A program made the translations under genes and the position numbers. A DNA stretch of 64,000 bases from Candidatus Moraniibacteriota bacterium (GTDB taxonomy: Bacteria; Patescibacteriota; Minisyncoccia; Moranbacterales; UBA1568). Under the pieces are notes generated by a model that was not told the DNA's origin, ran no database searches, and worked only from the letters and a program-made list of their open reading frames with translations. Position 1 is the stretch's first letter; each line of letters opens with the position of its first letter. Positions 17,591-27,302 of the stretch are shown piece by piece. Location of the stretch: positions 30,269 to 94,268 of the forward strand of contig JBPOHW010000005.1 of assembly GCA_052035095.1 (NCBI GenBank). Direction: 5' to 3'.

Positions 17591-19258
17591 CTATTTTTTC
17601 TCGATACTCCACCGGCCGCCTTCATCTCCCTTTTTCTCCGCGATCATTCCGATCGCGCCCAACCACACCCAGACAAAGCCCAAAAGAATGCCGGAATTAA
17701 AGAAATTAAAAACAGTCAAACCGACCCACGAGGTCAAGAAGAAAACGGCAACCGCGCGACTCGAAAACGCATCCTCTCCTCCGAGATGTCTCCCAAAAGA
17801 TGTTCGGAGCGCGAAAAACGGGACGCACAGCCAGAAGAGCGCAAACGCAATGAGACTGATCATACCGCCGCCGAGCCATACTTCGAGAAACGCGTTGCTT
17901 GCGTTGAGCGCTGATCCGCGATCGTCCGTCCCGAGAATATCGCCGATACTCCCCCACCCGATCCCGAAGAGCCAATGTTCCCTCAACGTCTCAAACGTTT
18001 TTTCTCGAATGACACGACGCGCTTCGATACTCGGATCGAGACGAAGGACGGTTGAGATGAATTTTCCGGCATTTTTTTCCGCCTCGATGTCTTCCAATCG
18101 AATATGCCGGCAATCATACGGAGAAAGCTCCGCGACATCCCCTATTCTTTCCGGCAGAGAAATCGGCGTCGCGCAGGAAACGGTTATTTCTTGCACTCCC
18201 GAAACCGTACTGCCGGCGCGGCTCCCGATGTCAAAAGTCGTGAGCCGAAACGCCCACACGGCAAAAAGCGCGAGCAAAAATGAAGCAAATACCGCCGTAC
18301 TCCCCTTCGCGAACAGTTTCCACCGCCACTCGCGCGGATTCCATGAATACTTTCCCACGAGAAGAAGCTTCAAAAACAAAAGCGCGGAAAAGGCGAACCC
18401 CACCCACGCACTCCGCGCGACCGTGAGGAGAAGCCCAAGGAGAAGCGTTAAAAATGAGAAATGCAAAATGAAAAATTTAAAAAAGGAATACAAAGAAGAT
18501 TTTTCGAAATTTTTCATTGTGCATTTTTCATTTTGCATTTCCCCATTTATTTTCAAAGAACCTCTCTCAAGGAGAAAAAACATCAAAGAGAGGAAAATGC
18601 TTGATGAAAAGATAAGGAACATCCCGAGCCAATCCGGTTCGGGGAAAAAAGCGTTGGGACGTCCCGGCATCACCTCAAACGAGGAAAGTCCCGCCGTAAA
18701 TCGAACACTCTGCCACAGGGCAAACAAAGCCGTGAGTACCGAGGGAACGACGAGGAAAAGAAGCGCGCGGCGAGCGTCACGCGCCTCCCCAAAAAATTGC
18801 CGCGAAAGAAAATAGAGCGCGACAAAAGAAAGCGCGACTACCGCTTGCTTGCTCGCGCCCGCGGAATCCGACGCGGAAGCGATCGAAAAAAATCCGCCGA
18901 GCGCGAAGAGAAGCGGGAGTACGTCAAACCATCGGAACTTTACTGGAGAAAACGAGAGTCGTCGAAACAGAAAACGCAAAAAAATCGCGAGAAGTATATT
19001 CGCGCCAAGCAATTGATACGGTCGGAGAGAGAACGGGATCGAATCCGGCGAAAGGTTCACCATCTCAAACGGGAGAAGCGAGAGAAATATCAGAAACGCC
19101 CACCCGGGACGATAGAGCGCAAAAAGAAATGAAAGCGCGACAAAAAACCAAACATCAATCTCGCCGAGCGGAAACAATTCCGAGTTTCCAAAAACAAGGA
19201 AGAAGAGATTGAGAAATACGGCGCCCGAAAGGAGCGCGATCGGAACCATGCGAATCAT
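17591..19258 (-). CDS. O-antigen ligase/Wzy-like polytopic membrane protein
   Basis: About 12 TM helices and TVARSAWVGFAFSALLF (the RSAW-G loop typical of the Wzy_C/O-antigen ligase family). It contains an in-frame AT-rich insertion at about 18470-18545 (see findings). Confidence 0.5.
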   Translation of the reverse strand: MIRMVPIALLSGAVFLNLFFLVFGNSELFPLGEIDVWFFVALSFLFALYRPGWAFLIFLSLLPFEMVNLSPDSIPFSLRPYQLLGANILLAIFLRFLFRRLSFSPVKFRWFDVLPLLFALGGFFSIASASDSAGASKQAVVALSFVALYFLSRQFFGEARDARRALLFLVVPSVLTALFALWQSVRFTAGLSSFEVMPGRPNAFFPEPDWLGMFLIFSSSIFLSLMFFLLERGSLKINGEMQNEKCTMKNFEKSSLYSFFKFFILHFSFLTLLLGLLLTVARSAWVGFAFSALLFLKLLLVGKYSWNPREWRWKLFAKGSTAVFASFLLALFAVWAFRLTTFDIGSRAGSTVSGVQEITVSCATPISLPERIGDVAELSPYDCRHIRLEDIEAEKNAGKFISTVLRLDPSIEARRVIREKTFETLREHWLFGIGWGSIGDILGTDDRGSALNASNAFLEVWLGGGMISLIAFALFWLCVPFFALRTSFGRHLGGEDAFSSRAVAVFFLTSWVGLTVFNFFNSGILLGFVWVWLGAIGMIAEKKGDEGGRWSIEKK

Positions 19259-20418
19259 AGATGTCCCTCCCCGACAGCCGAGCGGAGGAGTTTATCGGAA
19301 AAATGATGCCACGAAAAACGCTCGACCCGCTCCTTCCCGCGCTTCGCGAGCAACTCGCGCAGTTCTCGATTCGACAGTATATTTCGAACTACCATGGCAA
19401 TATCATCGGTATCATCCGGATGGCAATAGAGCGCCGCGTCTCCACCCACTTCCGGAAGCGACGATGTCTTCGATGTAACGACCGGCGTTCCGACACTCAT
19501 CGCCTCCAACACGGGGAGCCCGAATCCTTCATACCGCGACGGAAACAAAAAGACCCGCGCGTTCACGTAGAGCGCCGGCAATTCTCTCTGCGGCACAAAA
19601 CCGAGAAGACGCACAAATCGTGTCAGGTCAAGTTCCCTCACAAGTCTCTCGACATCCGTAACGAGCGGCGCGAGCTCCGGCATGAGCTTCCCTGAAATAA
19701 CAAGGGGCGGAATGGCGGGCGTCATATGGTCGGACTTCTCCCGATCAAGGAGCTTGCGATACGCGCGAAGCACGCCTTCGGCATTCTTCCGCACCTCGAG
19801 CCCGCCGCCGTGGTAGAGATAGCCGGGCGAGAGGTGGTATTTTTGCATCACTTCGGCGCTTCGTTCATCGGTAACACGCCGCTTGAAAATCGGATCGACA
19901 TCGGGACGATTGATCGAAATACGAGAGGGCGGAATACCGAGGTGCTGTACGAGATCCTTCTCGGTCCGCGACGATACGGCGTAGATCTTGTCTGCCTGCC
20001 GGATACCGCGCTCAATACTCCTCCAGTCAAGTCGCTTCCGCCAATTGTTTTGATATTCCGGAAAGAGCTTCGGAATAATATCGTGTACCACCATCAGGTG
20101 ACGGATATTTTTTGGCATCACGGTCGCCGACTGAGAGAGGCTGATAAAAGCATCGCACCCGTCGCGCTTCGCCGCTTCCGGCAAAAGGAAACGCTCCCAC
20201 CAGAGTTTCCGCACCAAATCATCTCGCCGCCACGGCGGCAAAAACGCCCGACGCTCGAAGTGCCGCGGAATACCGAGTTCATCGGGTATCTCTTCTTCCG
20301 AATACAAGACAAACTCCGCCCGCGAACTCTCTCCGACGCTCCGCAAAAAATGAAGCGTCACCTGCCCGATCCCCGTATAGGGCTTCCGCACAAACGACGC
20401 ATTGATGCCGATACGCAT
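19255..20418 (-). CDS. Glycosyltransferase family 1 (GT4-type)
   Basis: [20 protein letters not shown] motif of GT-B retaining glycosyltransferases. Confidence 0.8.
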   Translation of the reverse strand: MRIGINASFVRKPYTGIGQVTLHFLRSVGESSRAEFVLYSEEEIPDELGIPRHFERRAFLPPWRRDDLVRKLWWERFLLPEAAKRDGCDAFISLSQSATVMPKNIRHLMVVHDIIPKLFPEYQNNWRKRLDWRSIERGIRQADKIYAVSSRTEKDLVQHLGIPPSRISINRPDVDPIFKRRVTDERSAEVMQKYHLSPGYLYHGGGLEVRKNAEGVLRAYRKLLDREKSDHMTPAIPPLVISGKLMPELAPLVTDVERLVRELDLTRFVRLLGFVPQRELPALYVNARVFLFPSRYEGFGLPVLEAMSVGTPVVTSKTSSLPEVGGDAALYCHPDDTDDIAMVVRNILSNRELRELLAKRGKERVERFSWHHFSDKLLRSAVGEGHL

Positions 20419-20521
20419 AGAACTGTGTTAATCTCCCTCTATTGTAGCACGGAAAGAAAGAAAAAGGGGATGCATCATTCTTGTAGAGACATAAAATTTT
20501 ACGTCTCTATAGAATCGCCTC

Positions 20522-21040
20522 TCATTTCTCTAACACCAAAAACGAATAGCGGAATCCGTCCGATTCTCCATCTTCTCGTCTGACGGTTTTTGGAAAGAGC
20601 GATTCGTATTCCGGAAAGAAGACGTCACCCGAGAAGTTCCCATAAACAAGTGTGAGGTAGAGCCGATCGGCACGTGAAAGCGCCTCTCGATACACCATCC
20701 CGCCCCCAATCACAAACACTTCCTCGCTCCCCGGAAAATCCCTTGCCTTTTGCAGGGCATCTTCGAGCGAAAAAGCAACGATAACGCCAATCGGCGCCTC
20801 CCACGGCGTGTCAGTGAGCACGATATTCGTCCGCCCGGGGAGCGCGCGCCCGATCGAGAGAAAGGTGTTCTTCCCCATAACAATCGGATGCCCCATCGTG
20901 AGCGCCTTGAACTGTTTCAAATCCTCTGAAATATGCCACGGTAATTTCCCGTGATCGCCAATCACTCGATTCCCCTCGCCAATCGCGACGATGATACTGA
21001 TTTTTCTCGGACTCATAAACAAAAATGCGAAGTGCGTCAA
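20522..21040 (-). CDS. folA: Dihydrofolate reductase
   Basis: ISIIVAIGEGNRVIGDHGKLPWHISEDLKQFKALTMGHPIVMGKNTF matches the DHFR N-terminal signature. The likely start is the internal Met (MSPRK). Confidence 0.85.
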   Translation of the reverse strand: MTHFAFLFMSPRKISIIVAIGEGNRVIGDHGKLPWHISEDLKQFKALTMGHPIVMGKNTFLSIGRALPGRTNIVLTDTPWEAPIGVIVAFSLEDALQKARDFPGSEEVFVIGGGMVYREALSRADRLYLTLVYGNFSGDVFFPEYESLFPKTVRREDGESDGFRYSFLVLEK

Positions 21041-22054
21041 TTATTTTTTCTCAAATCCGCCTATATTGGCAATTTCGGCGCGAATAGCCGGGTGCGGATC
21101 ATATCCCTCAAGAGAAAAATCTTCAAAGACGAAATCATCTATCTCTTTTCGCCCTGAATTCAATATCAAATTCGGAAATGGTCTTGGCTTTCGAGAAAGT
21201 TGCTCATGAACTTGATCAAAATGATTGCTATAAATATGGGCATCACCGATATTATGAACGAAATCTCCCACTTTCAATCCCGTTACTTGCGCCACCATTC
21301 GAAGAAGAAGTGAGTAACTTGCTATGTTAAACGGAAGGCCAAGAAACGTATCGGCACTCCTCTGATAAAGCCCCAAATTCAAAACTCCATCGCCCGTTAC
21401 GGCAAACTGAAACGTTGTATGACAAAATGGAGGCACTTCATTTGCGTTTCCAGGAGACGCCATTGCATAAATAAAATCCGGATTCCATGCCGACACAACA
21501 TACGACTTTCGAAAAGGCTTGTCCCGGAGTCCCTCAATTAACCATCCGAGTTGGTCTATCTTTCGTCCGTCACTTGCCGGCCATCGGCGCCACATCTTGC
21601 CATACGCCATAATAAGATCGCCCCATTCCTTTACAAACGGACTTTCTTCTGGTTCCAACTTTATCTTTTCAATAAACTCGTCCTGCTCCATATCGGGCAA
21701 GCTCCGATCACGACAAAGTTTGTGATATCGTTTCCATGCCCACTCATCCCAAATATGAACATCTCGATCAACGAGATACTTGATATTTGTATCTCCGCGC
21801 AAAAACCAAAGGAGCTCATGAAGAATGCCTCGAAAGAAAACTTTTTTTGTTGTTAATAGAGGAAAATATTCCCCGACATGAAACCGCATAGAATATCCGA
21901 ATATCGATCGAATAATTGGCGGTTTTTGCCCCTTTTTTCTGTACTGTTCAAAAATTTCCGGCGTGAAAAACACATCTTTATCCGTCCCCCCGTCAAGAAT
22001 ACTTTGCAAAAGATCAAGATACTGATACTCCGGATGTTTCTTTCGTGTTGCCAT
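21041..22054 (-). CDS. thyA: Thymidylate synthase ThyA (long-insert type)
   Basis: HELLWFLRGDTN, PPFCHTTFQFAV (catalytic Cys) and DAHIYSNH motifs. At 337 aa it is longer than E. coli ThyA because of an internal insertion. Confidence 0.85.
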   Translation of the reverse strand: MATRKKHPEYQYLDLLQSILDGGTDKDVFFTPEIFEQYRKKGQKPPIIRSIFGYSMRFHVGEYFPLLTTKKVFFRGILHELLWFLRGDTNIKYLVDRDVHIWDEWAWKRYHKLCRDRSLPDMEQDEFIEKIKLEPEESPFVKEWGDLIMAYGKMWRRWPASDGRKIDQLGWLIEGLRDKPFRKSYVVSAWNPDFIYAMASPGNANEVPPFCHTTFQFAVTGDGVLNLGLYQRSADTFLGLPFNIASYSLLLRMVAQVTGLKVGDFVHNIGDAHIYSNHFDQVHEQLSRKPRPFPNLILNSGRKEIDDFVFEDFSLEGYDPHPAIRAEIANIGGFEKK

Positions 22055-22064
22055 AGGCGTTTTG

Positions 22065-22649
22065 CTACTTTTTAGAAGTCTTCTTTTTCACACCGAGTTT
22101 CTTCGTTTTCTTTGGAAGTGCGAAATTTTTCTTCCAATTGTCGCCACTGAAGCGACCGGTTTTCTCGTAGTCCGTCGACACGGGCGACGAGAGCTCGGAA
22201 AAAGTTAGTTGTGCAATCGGCATTCCTGGACGAAGCACAATAGGGACGATATTGAGATTCGAAAGTTCGAGAGTAATATTCAAGAAGTGCCCCGGATTCA
22301 CGATACCGGCGGTATTATGAACCACGAGCCCGATGCGCGCCAGACTGCTCTTCCCCGACAATTGGATGAGATATTTCTTAGATCCCACGAAGTCGCGCAC
22401 CATTCCCAAAACGGTCGTCCGCGGGTGAAGCACGAAATATTCGCCGTCCTTCACCTCCACTTCATGTGTATTGGCAAAAAGCCCCTTCACCGGATCGATG
22501 AATTCCGTCGTATGCTGATCCGTCACGACAAATTTGTTTCCCAAGAGCACGTCATAGCTTGCCGGTTGAATACGTTTTCGATCAAAGTCCCTCAAAACAA
22601 CATCTCCCGATTCAATCGCTTTCACAATATCCCGATCAGAAAGATACAT
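22065..22649 (-). CDS. dcd: dCTP deaminase (Dcd family) with lysine-rich C-terminal tail
   Basis: MYLSDRDI N-terminus and a dUTPase-like fold (GYDVLLG-type motifs). The start is placed at MYLSD. It has an unusual KKTKKLGVKKKTSKK C-terminus. Confidence 0.75.
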   Translation of the reverse strand: MYLSDRDIVKAIESGDVVLRDFDRKRIQPASYDVLLGNKFVVTDQHTTEFIDPVKGLFANTHEVEVKDGEYFVLHPRTTVLGMVRDFVGSKKYLIQLSGKSSLARIGLVVHNTAGIVNPGHFLNITLELSNLNIVPIVLRPGMPIAQLTFSELSSPVSTDYEKTGRFSGDNWKKNFALPKKTKKLGVKKKTSKK

Positions 22650-22680
22650 AGTCGTTTCATAGCAAATTACTCTGGAATCT

Positions 22681-22785
22681 TCTCTCATGAACGCCGAGAC
22701 CGCGAAAAATAATTTTTCTCAAGCTTGCTCCGATAGAGAGGAGCATGTGAGAAAAAATATTTTTCGTGGTCGAGGCAACTTTCAA
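22681..22785. repeat. Copy 1 of a ~110-125-bp palindromic intergenic repeat family (3 copies)
   Basis: TCTCTCATGAACGCCGAGACCGCGAAAAATAATTTTTCTC-AAGCTTGCTCCGATAGAGAGGAGCATGTGAG-AAAAAATATTTTTCGTGGTCGAGGCAACT. It has a long outer stem plus an inner GC hairpin. Compensatory changes in the outer stem (CCGCG/CGTGG here versus CTGCA/TGCAG in copy 2) preserve pairing. Confidence 0.7.
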
Positions 22786-22812
22786 GGGAGGGGAAATAAA
22801 AGTAATTTCGTT

Positions 22813-23490
22813 TCAGTCAATAACAAAAATATTTTCGGTTCCGTAATACTCCGGCCAATGTGCATTGTAGTGCGCAAACATCCGCTCCAATCTCTCCTGT
22901 GGCAATTCTTCAACGCCCAATTTTTTCATAAAGTCCAAAAGCTCTCGTTTCGCGCCCTCCGCTTCATGCGCCTCGTGTACTATTTTTTCGAATTCCGCCA
23001 CATATCCATACCCGGCGTTTCGATCAAGACACACGGAAATGTTTCCCGCGGCGTACTCCTCCCGATCGCGCGACCACTTTGCTTGATATTCAAATCCGGA
23101 TTTGAGTAAGACAGCATCAAGCTCGTCAAGCGAAAGCTCTGGAACCTCCTCTTCAAATTCCATTCGAGAAATACCATTCGAACTCGTTGTATCATCAATG
23201 GACGCCTTCACTACCAAAAGTACCTTCCCATCCGACTGCCGCGTTCGCACGGAGTGATTTTTTCCCTCACTCACGATTCGATGGAAAGACTTTTTCTTCT
23301 CGCCAGAAAAATGAGGCTCCATATTTTTCAAAAATTCCTTCCAATCGCCACCCGTAAAATAGTGGTTGAGCTGCGAAGTCGTCCGAACAAGCTTTGCCGA
23401 TTCGGGAAGTTGCGCGAGCCTCTCCCGTAACGCATCCGCCTTCTCTTTCTCTCCCAAAAGACTTTTTATCTCAATTTCAAAATGTGCCAT
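22813..23490 (-). CDS. CYTH-domain protein (CyaB/thiamine-triphosphatase-like)
   Basis: The N-terminal EIEIKSLL matches the CYTH ExExK signature, within a roughly 220-aa triphosphate-tunnel fold. Confidence 0.55.
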   Translation of the reverse strand: MAHFEIEIKSLLGEKEKADALRERLAQLPESAKLVRTTSQLNHYFTGGDWKEFLKNMEPHFSGEKKKSFHRIVSEGKNHSVRTRQSDGKVLLVVKASIDDTTSSNGISRMEFEEEVPELSLDELDAVLLKSGFEYQAKWSRDREEYAAGNISVCLDRNAGYGYVAEFEKIVHEAHEAEGAKRELLDFMKKLGVEELPQERLERMFAHYNAHWPEYYGTENIFVID

Positions 23491-23640
23491 AAGCAGACAA
23501 CCTTACAGATTACCCCCTCCCCCAGCCCGACCAGTATACACCAAAAACCGCTCCGGAAACACCGGGACGGTTTCTCAAAATATGCAAGGAAATCACAACC
23601 ACCCCAACCATCTACAATTTGTAGACAATTGGGAAGTCCC

Positions 23641-24540
23641 CTACTCCCTTCCCTTTCCCATACGCTCAAACGCGCGGAGGACTTCGAGGGGGACGGCGAA
23701 GACGACGGTATTGGACTGATCGGAAGAAATATCATTGATCGAGTGGAGCGTTCGAAGGTGCAACGATCCGTCATTTTTCGCCAATATACCCGCCGCTTTC
23801 GAGATATTTTCCGCGGCGATGACTTCGCCCTCCGCCTTGATGATGACGGCGCGCCGTTCGCGCTCGGCTTCCGCTTGTTTTCCGATAACGCGCTTCATTT
23901 CTTCGGGGAGTGTTACGTCTTTGAGCTCCACCGAATTCACCTTGACGCCCCACGCATCCGTCGCCTGATCCACAATGCCGCGAATCTTCTCGGCGATCGC
24001 GTCACGATTGGAGAGGAGCTCGTCCAAATCCACTTCACCGACGACATTGCGCATCGTCGTTTGCGCGAGTTGGGAAACCGCGTAGAAAAAATTCTCCACT
24101 TCGATAATCGCTTTTTCCGCGTGTGAAATTTTGTAGTAGATGACCGCGTTTACCGTGACGGAAATATTATCCTTGGTAATCGCCTCCTGATCCGGCACGT
24201 CGACGGCGCGCACCCGCATATCCACTTTCTGATACGACTGAAAAATGGGAACGACGAGTCGCCATCCCGGCTCCATCGTGCCGGTAAATTTCCCGATCGT
24301 AAACTTCACTCCGCGTTCATACTGATTGATCTGCCGAATCGAAATCAATACGACACCAACGACAAGAACCAACACAACCATGATTGGATCCATACGCGTG
24401 GCAAAAAAAGTTAAAAGTTCAAGCAAAGGTCTCCCAAAGAAAAGGAGTGTGAACAGAACGATCACCGGAACCTTGTATCGTTCCAAATCTTTCAATTTGG
24501 CTTTGATTACTTCCTCGTCAAAAGGCGGTTTCGGTTTCAT
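23641..24540 (-). CDS. SPFH/band-7 (stomatin/HflC-like) membrane protein
   Basis: N-terminal TM segment, then an SPFH core (VPIFQSYQKVDMRVRAVDVPDQEAITKDNISVTVNAVIYYKI...) and a coiled-coil tail. Confidence 0.75.
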   Translation of the reverse strand: MKPKPPFDEEVIKAKLKDLERYKVPVIVLFTLLFFGRPLLELLTFFATRMDPIMVVLVLVVGVVLISIRQINQYERGVKFTIGKFTGTMEPGWRLVVPIFQSYQKVDMRVRAVDVPDQEAITKDNISVTVNAVIYYKISHAEKAIIEVENFFYAVSQLAQTTMRNVVGEVDLDELLSNRDAIAEKIRGIVDQATDAWGVKVNSVELKDVTLPEEMKRVIGKQAEAERERRAVIIKAEGEVIAAENISKAAGILAKNDGSLHLRTLHSINDISSDQSNTVVFAVPLEVLRAFERMGKGRE

Positions 24541-24549
24541 ATCACGATA

Positions 24550-25836
24550 TCATTTCACTTTTTCTCGCATCACTTCGAGCGCCCGATCAAGCTGGGGATC
24601 GCGATCGGCGTCATAATCTTCGTCCGTGCGATCCACCTCGATATCGGGAGCGATTCCTTCTTTGTTGATCTGATGACCGTTCGGGGTAAGCCACCGCGCG
24701 ACCGTCACCTTGAGCGAGGTATCCTTGGTAACCTTGACCAGTTCCTGCACCGAGCCCTTGCCGAAAGATTTCTTACCAAGGAGCGTCACGTCGTCCCGAT
24801 TCTCCCGAAGCGCCGCCGAGAGAATTTCCGCGGCGCTCGCCGAACCCTCATTGATCAACACCACGATCGGGACGGTTCTCAAGAGCTCCCCGTTTTTGAC
24901 ATCGTAGGTACGGAGAAGCTCTCGATTCCCTTTTCCATCCTCTTCAATCGCCACCGTCTTTCCCTTGGGGAGGAAAAAGCTCCCGATATCCACCGTCGCG
25001 TCAAGGCGACCACCGGAATTGTTGCGGAGATCAATTACAACGCCGCGTGGCGGACGAGCATGGAGCGTGTCCACGGCGCGCTTCACTTCATTCGCCGTCT
25101 CATCACCGAATTGATTGATTTTGAGAATCAAGATCTCGCCGTCCTTCCAATCGAGTTTAACGCTTTTTACGGTAATGGTATCGCGAACAACAATGAAGTC
25201 TCGCGTTTCTTGTTCGCCCTGACGAAAAATGGTGAGCTTCACTTCCGTCTCCTTCTTGCCGCGCATTTTTTTGACAGCAACGTCGACATTCATTCCCTCG
25301 GTGCTTTCATCGTTTATCTTTACCACCTTGTCGCCAGAACGAAGCCCGGCACGTTCCGCCGGCATATCTTCAAGCGGCGCTATTATGGTAAGCATTTTAT
25401 CTTTCATGCCGACCTCGGCCCCAATTCCCTCGAAGCTCCCCGCGAGTTCCTCATCAAAGAGCGTGTTTTCTTCCGGATCAAAAAAGGTGGTATAGGGATC
25501 GTCGGTCGCCGCAAGCATTCCCTTGATCGCGCCATAGAACAACGCGGTTCCATCAAGCTTTTCGCGATCGACAAATCGCTCATGCAAAAGATCCCAGGTC
25601 TTCCAAAAAATACTCATATCGGGATGCTCCGCGTTTTTTTCGGAAGAAGAAAAGAGCGTCGAAGACGGCAAAGAAAAACCCCGCGCGGCATCCCCTTCCG
25701 TTTTTCCCCGTTCAACACCCGCGAAATACGCGATAACGACCAAAAATGTGATCGCAAAAAGCGTAATAAACGAGTGTCGCTTTTTTTGGCGCCCCATCCC
25801 TGTTTTGTTTTCAACTTCTTGTGGCGTCATTTCCAT
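24550..25836 (-). CDS. Carboxyl-terminal processing protease (S41 family, CtpA-like)
   Basis: PDZ domain (GLRSGDKVVKIND) and S41 catalytic region (LINEGSASAAEILSAALRENRDDVTLLGKKSFGKGSVQ). Confidence 0.85.
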   Translation of the reverse strand: MEMTPQEVENKTGMGRQKKRHSFITLFAITFLVVIAYFAGVERGKTEGDAARGFSLPSSTLFSSSEKNAEHPDMSIFWKTWDLLHERFVDREKLDGTALFYGAIKGMLAATDDPYTTFFDPEENTLFDEELAGSFEGIGAEVGMKDKMLTIIAPLEDMPAERAGLRSGDKVVKINDESTEGMNVDVAVKKMRGKKETEVKLTIFRQGEQETRDFIVVRDTITVKSVKLDWKDGEILILKINQFGDETANEVKRAVDTLHARPPRGVVIDLRNNSGGRLDATVDIGSFFLPKGKTVAIEEDGKGNRELLRTYDVKNGELLRTVPIVVLINEGSASAAEILSAALRENRDDVTLLGKKSFGKGSVQELVKVTKDTSLKVTVARWLTPNGHQINKEGIAPDIEVDRTDEDYDADRDPQLDRALEVMREKVK

Positions 25837-25927
25837 AGAATATGTTACTTGCCCACCCCGTAAAGACTCCGAACCTCAAAAGAACTCTCGAAAAATAGTT
25901 CCCTAAAACCGAATTATCTTGAAGACT

Positions 25928-26035
25928 TCTATCATGCGCGCCGAGACTGCAAAAAATAATTTTTCGAAAGCTTGCTCCGAGCCCAACGAGGAGCATGTGA
26001 GAAAAATTATTTTTTGCAGTCGAGGCAACTCACAA
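25928..26035. repeat. Copy 2 of the palindromic intergenic repeat family
   Basis: TCTATCATGCGCGCCGAGACTGCAAAAAATAATTTTTCGAAAGCTTGCTCCGAGCCCAACGAGGAGCATGTGAGAAAAATTATTTTTTGCAGTCGAGGCAACTCACAAGG. It has a perfect roughly 21-bp outer stem. Confidence 0.7.
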
Positions 26036-26072
26036 GGTAGCAGAGAGATTAGGCACATTGGTACAGAACCCT

Positions 26073-27272
26073 CTAGGGAAGCTTTTTGAAAAACTCGTGA
26101 ATTCGATCGTAATTGTCACCCTTGGGAAGGAGAATATAGCCGGCGGCACCGGTATCTTGCGGCGCGTAAAGCAGTCCATTTTCGGAATTGTCCACCACGA
26201 CATCCTCCGAAAGCTTCACATCTTTATTCTCGAGGTAGAGATCGAAAAACTGTTTCAGTTCCCATGCTTCCATATCGGTTCGCGCGTTATCACCCAAGCT
26301 GTCAAGCATCGCGTTTACCTTGCCAAAATCCGAAAGCGTCCCGAGACTCAAGGCTTTCTCCTGAAGCGCCTGGAGAATCGAGTGTTGTCGTTTCGCCCGT
26401 TCGAAATCGTTCGACGTCACGCGCGCCCGCGCGTAACAGAGCGCTCGCTCGCCATTCAGAACGCTCGTCCCAGCGGGGAGATCAAAGACGCCGCCGCACT
26501 CGACATCCTTATTATAACAGAGCGGGTACGATTCAACGATTCGGCGCCGTCCGCTCGGTGTCGTCACATATTTGTGCTCGTATTGAAGCGGGCTCGTCGG
26601 CACCGTAAACACATTCGGATCGCAAACGTGTGGCTCTCGAAACTGAAGCGGCTCGGTAAACGGCGCGTCAAGCGTCACCGATACCCCACCCACCGCGTCC
26701 ACGAGCTCCTCGAATCCTTTAAAATCAATCGACGCAGCATAGTGAATCGGGACGCCCGTCACCTCGGAAAGAATTGTCTTCATCGCCTCGAGTCCCTGCC
26801 CATCGCCTTTTTGTTCGCCGTAATGATGGACCGCGTTGATCTTCTGTTTGTCCGACGTGCCGGGAACGGTCACGTAGAGATCGCGCGGAATGGAAACGAG
26901 CGACGCGCGCGCCGTATCGTTCTCATCCTTTTTCGGATGAAAGGATAACACCATAATCGTATCGGCGAGAAGGCCGCCGCCCTCGACTCCTTTCCCTCGC
27001 ATACCGAGAAGCACCATATTGATCCGCCCCTCCTCCTCGCCGGCGAGTTTCTTATCGACACCCGGCAATGAATTCACGATATTTGAAAAAATGCTCCCAT
27101 TTGGCGCGATACGCTGCACCAAAGAACCCGCCTTCCAAAACGCCACTCCTCCGAGAATCAGAAGAACGACAACTATGCCGATCATCCATTTAGCAAGACG
27201 ACGCTTTTTGGGTTCGGCTTTTTTTGACGGTTGGAAAAGAGGCGGTTTGGCAATCGGTTCGAAAGAAGTCAT
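26073..27272 (-). CDS. LytR-CpsA-Psr (LCP) family protein
   Basis: TM anchor, then INMVLLGMRGKG...ADTIMVLSF...SIPRDLYV LCP-domain motifs. Confidence 0.8.
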   Translation of the reverse strand: MTSFEPIAKPPLFQPSKKAEPKKRRLAKWMIGIVVVLLILGGVAFWKAGSLVQRIAPNGSIFSNIVNSLPGVDKKLAGEEEGRINMVLLGMRGKGVEGGGLLADTIMVLSFHPKKDENDTARASLVSIPRDLYVTVPGTSDKQKINAVHHYGEQKGDGQGLEAMKTILSEVTGVPIHYAASIDFKGFEELVDAVGGVSVTLDAPFTEPLQFREPHVCDPNVFTVPTSPLQYEHKYVTTPSGRRRIVESYPLCYNKDVECGGVFDLPAGTSVLNGERALCYARARVTSNDFERAKRQHSILQALQEKALSLGTLSDFGKVNAMLDSLGDNARTDMEAWELKQFFDLYLENKDVKLSEDVVVDNSENGLLYAPQDTGAAGYILLPKGDNYDRIHEFFKKLP

Positions 27273-27302
27273 ACGCGCGAAGAAAAAAATAAACTCGAAA
27301 AG

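Noticed and set aside
17591-19258. Calling the 555-aa membrane protein RodA/FtsW (SEDS) because it neighbours PBP2
   Set aside because: It has an RSAWVG-type Wzy_C/O-antigen-ligase loop rather than SEDS motifs, and its length and topology fit the ligase/polymerase family better. Kept as Wzy-like with moderate confidence.
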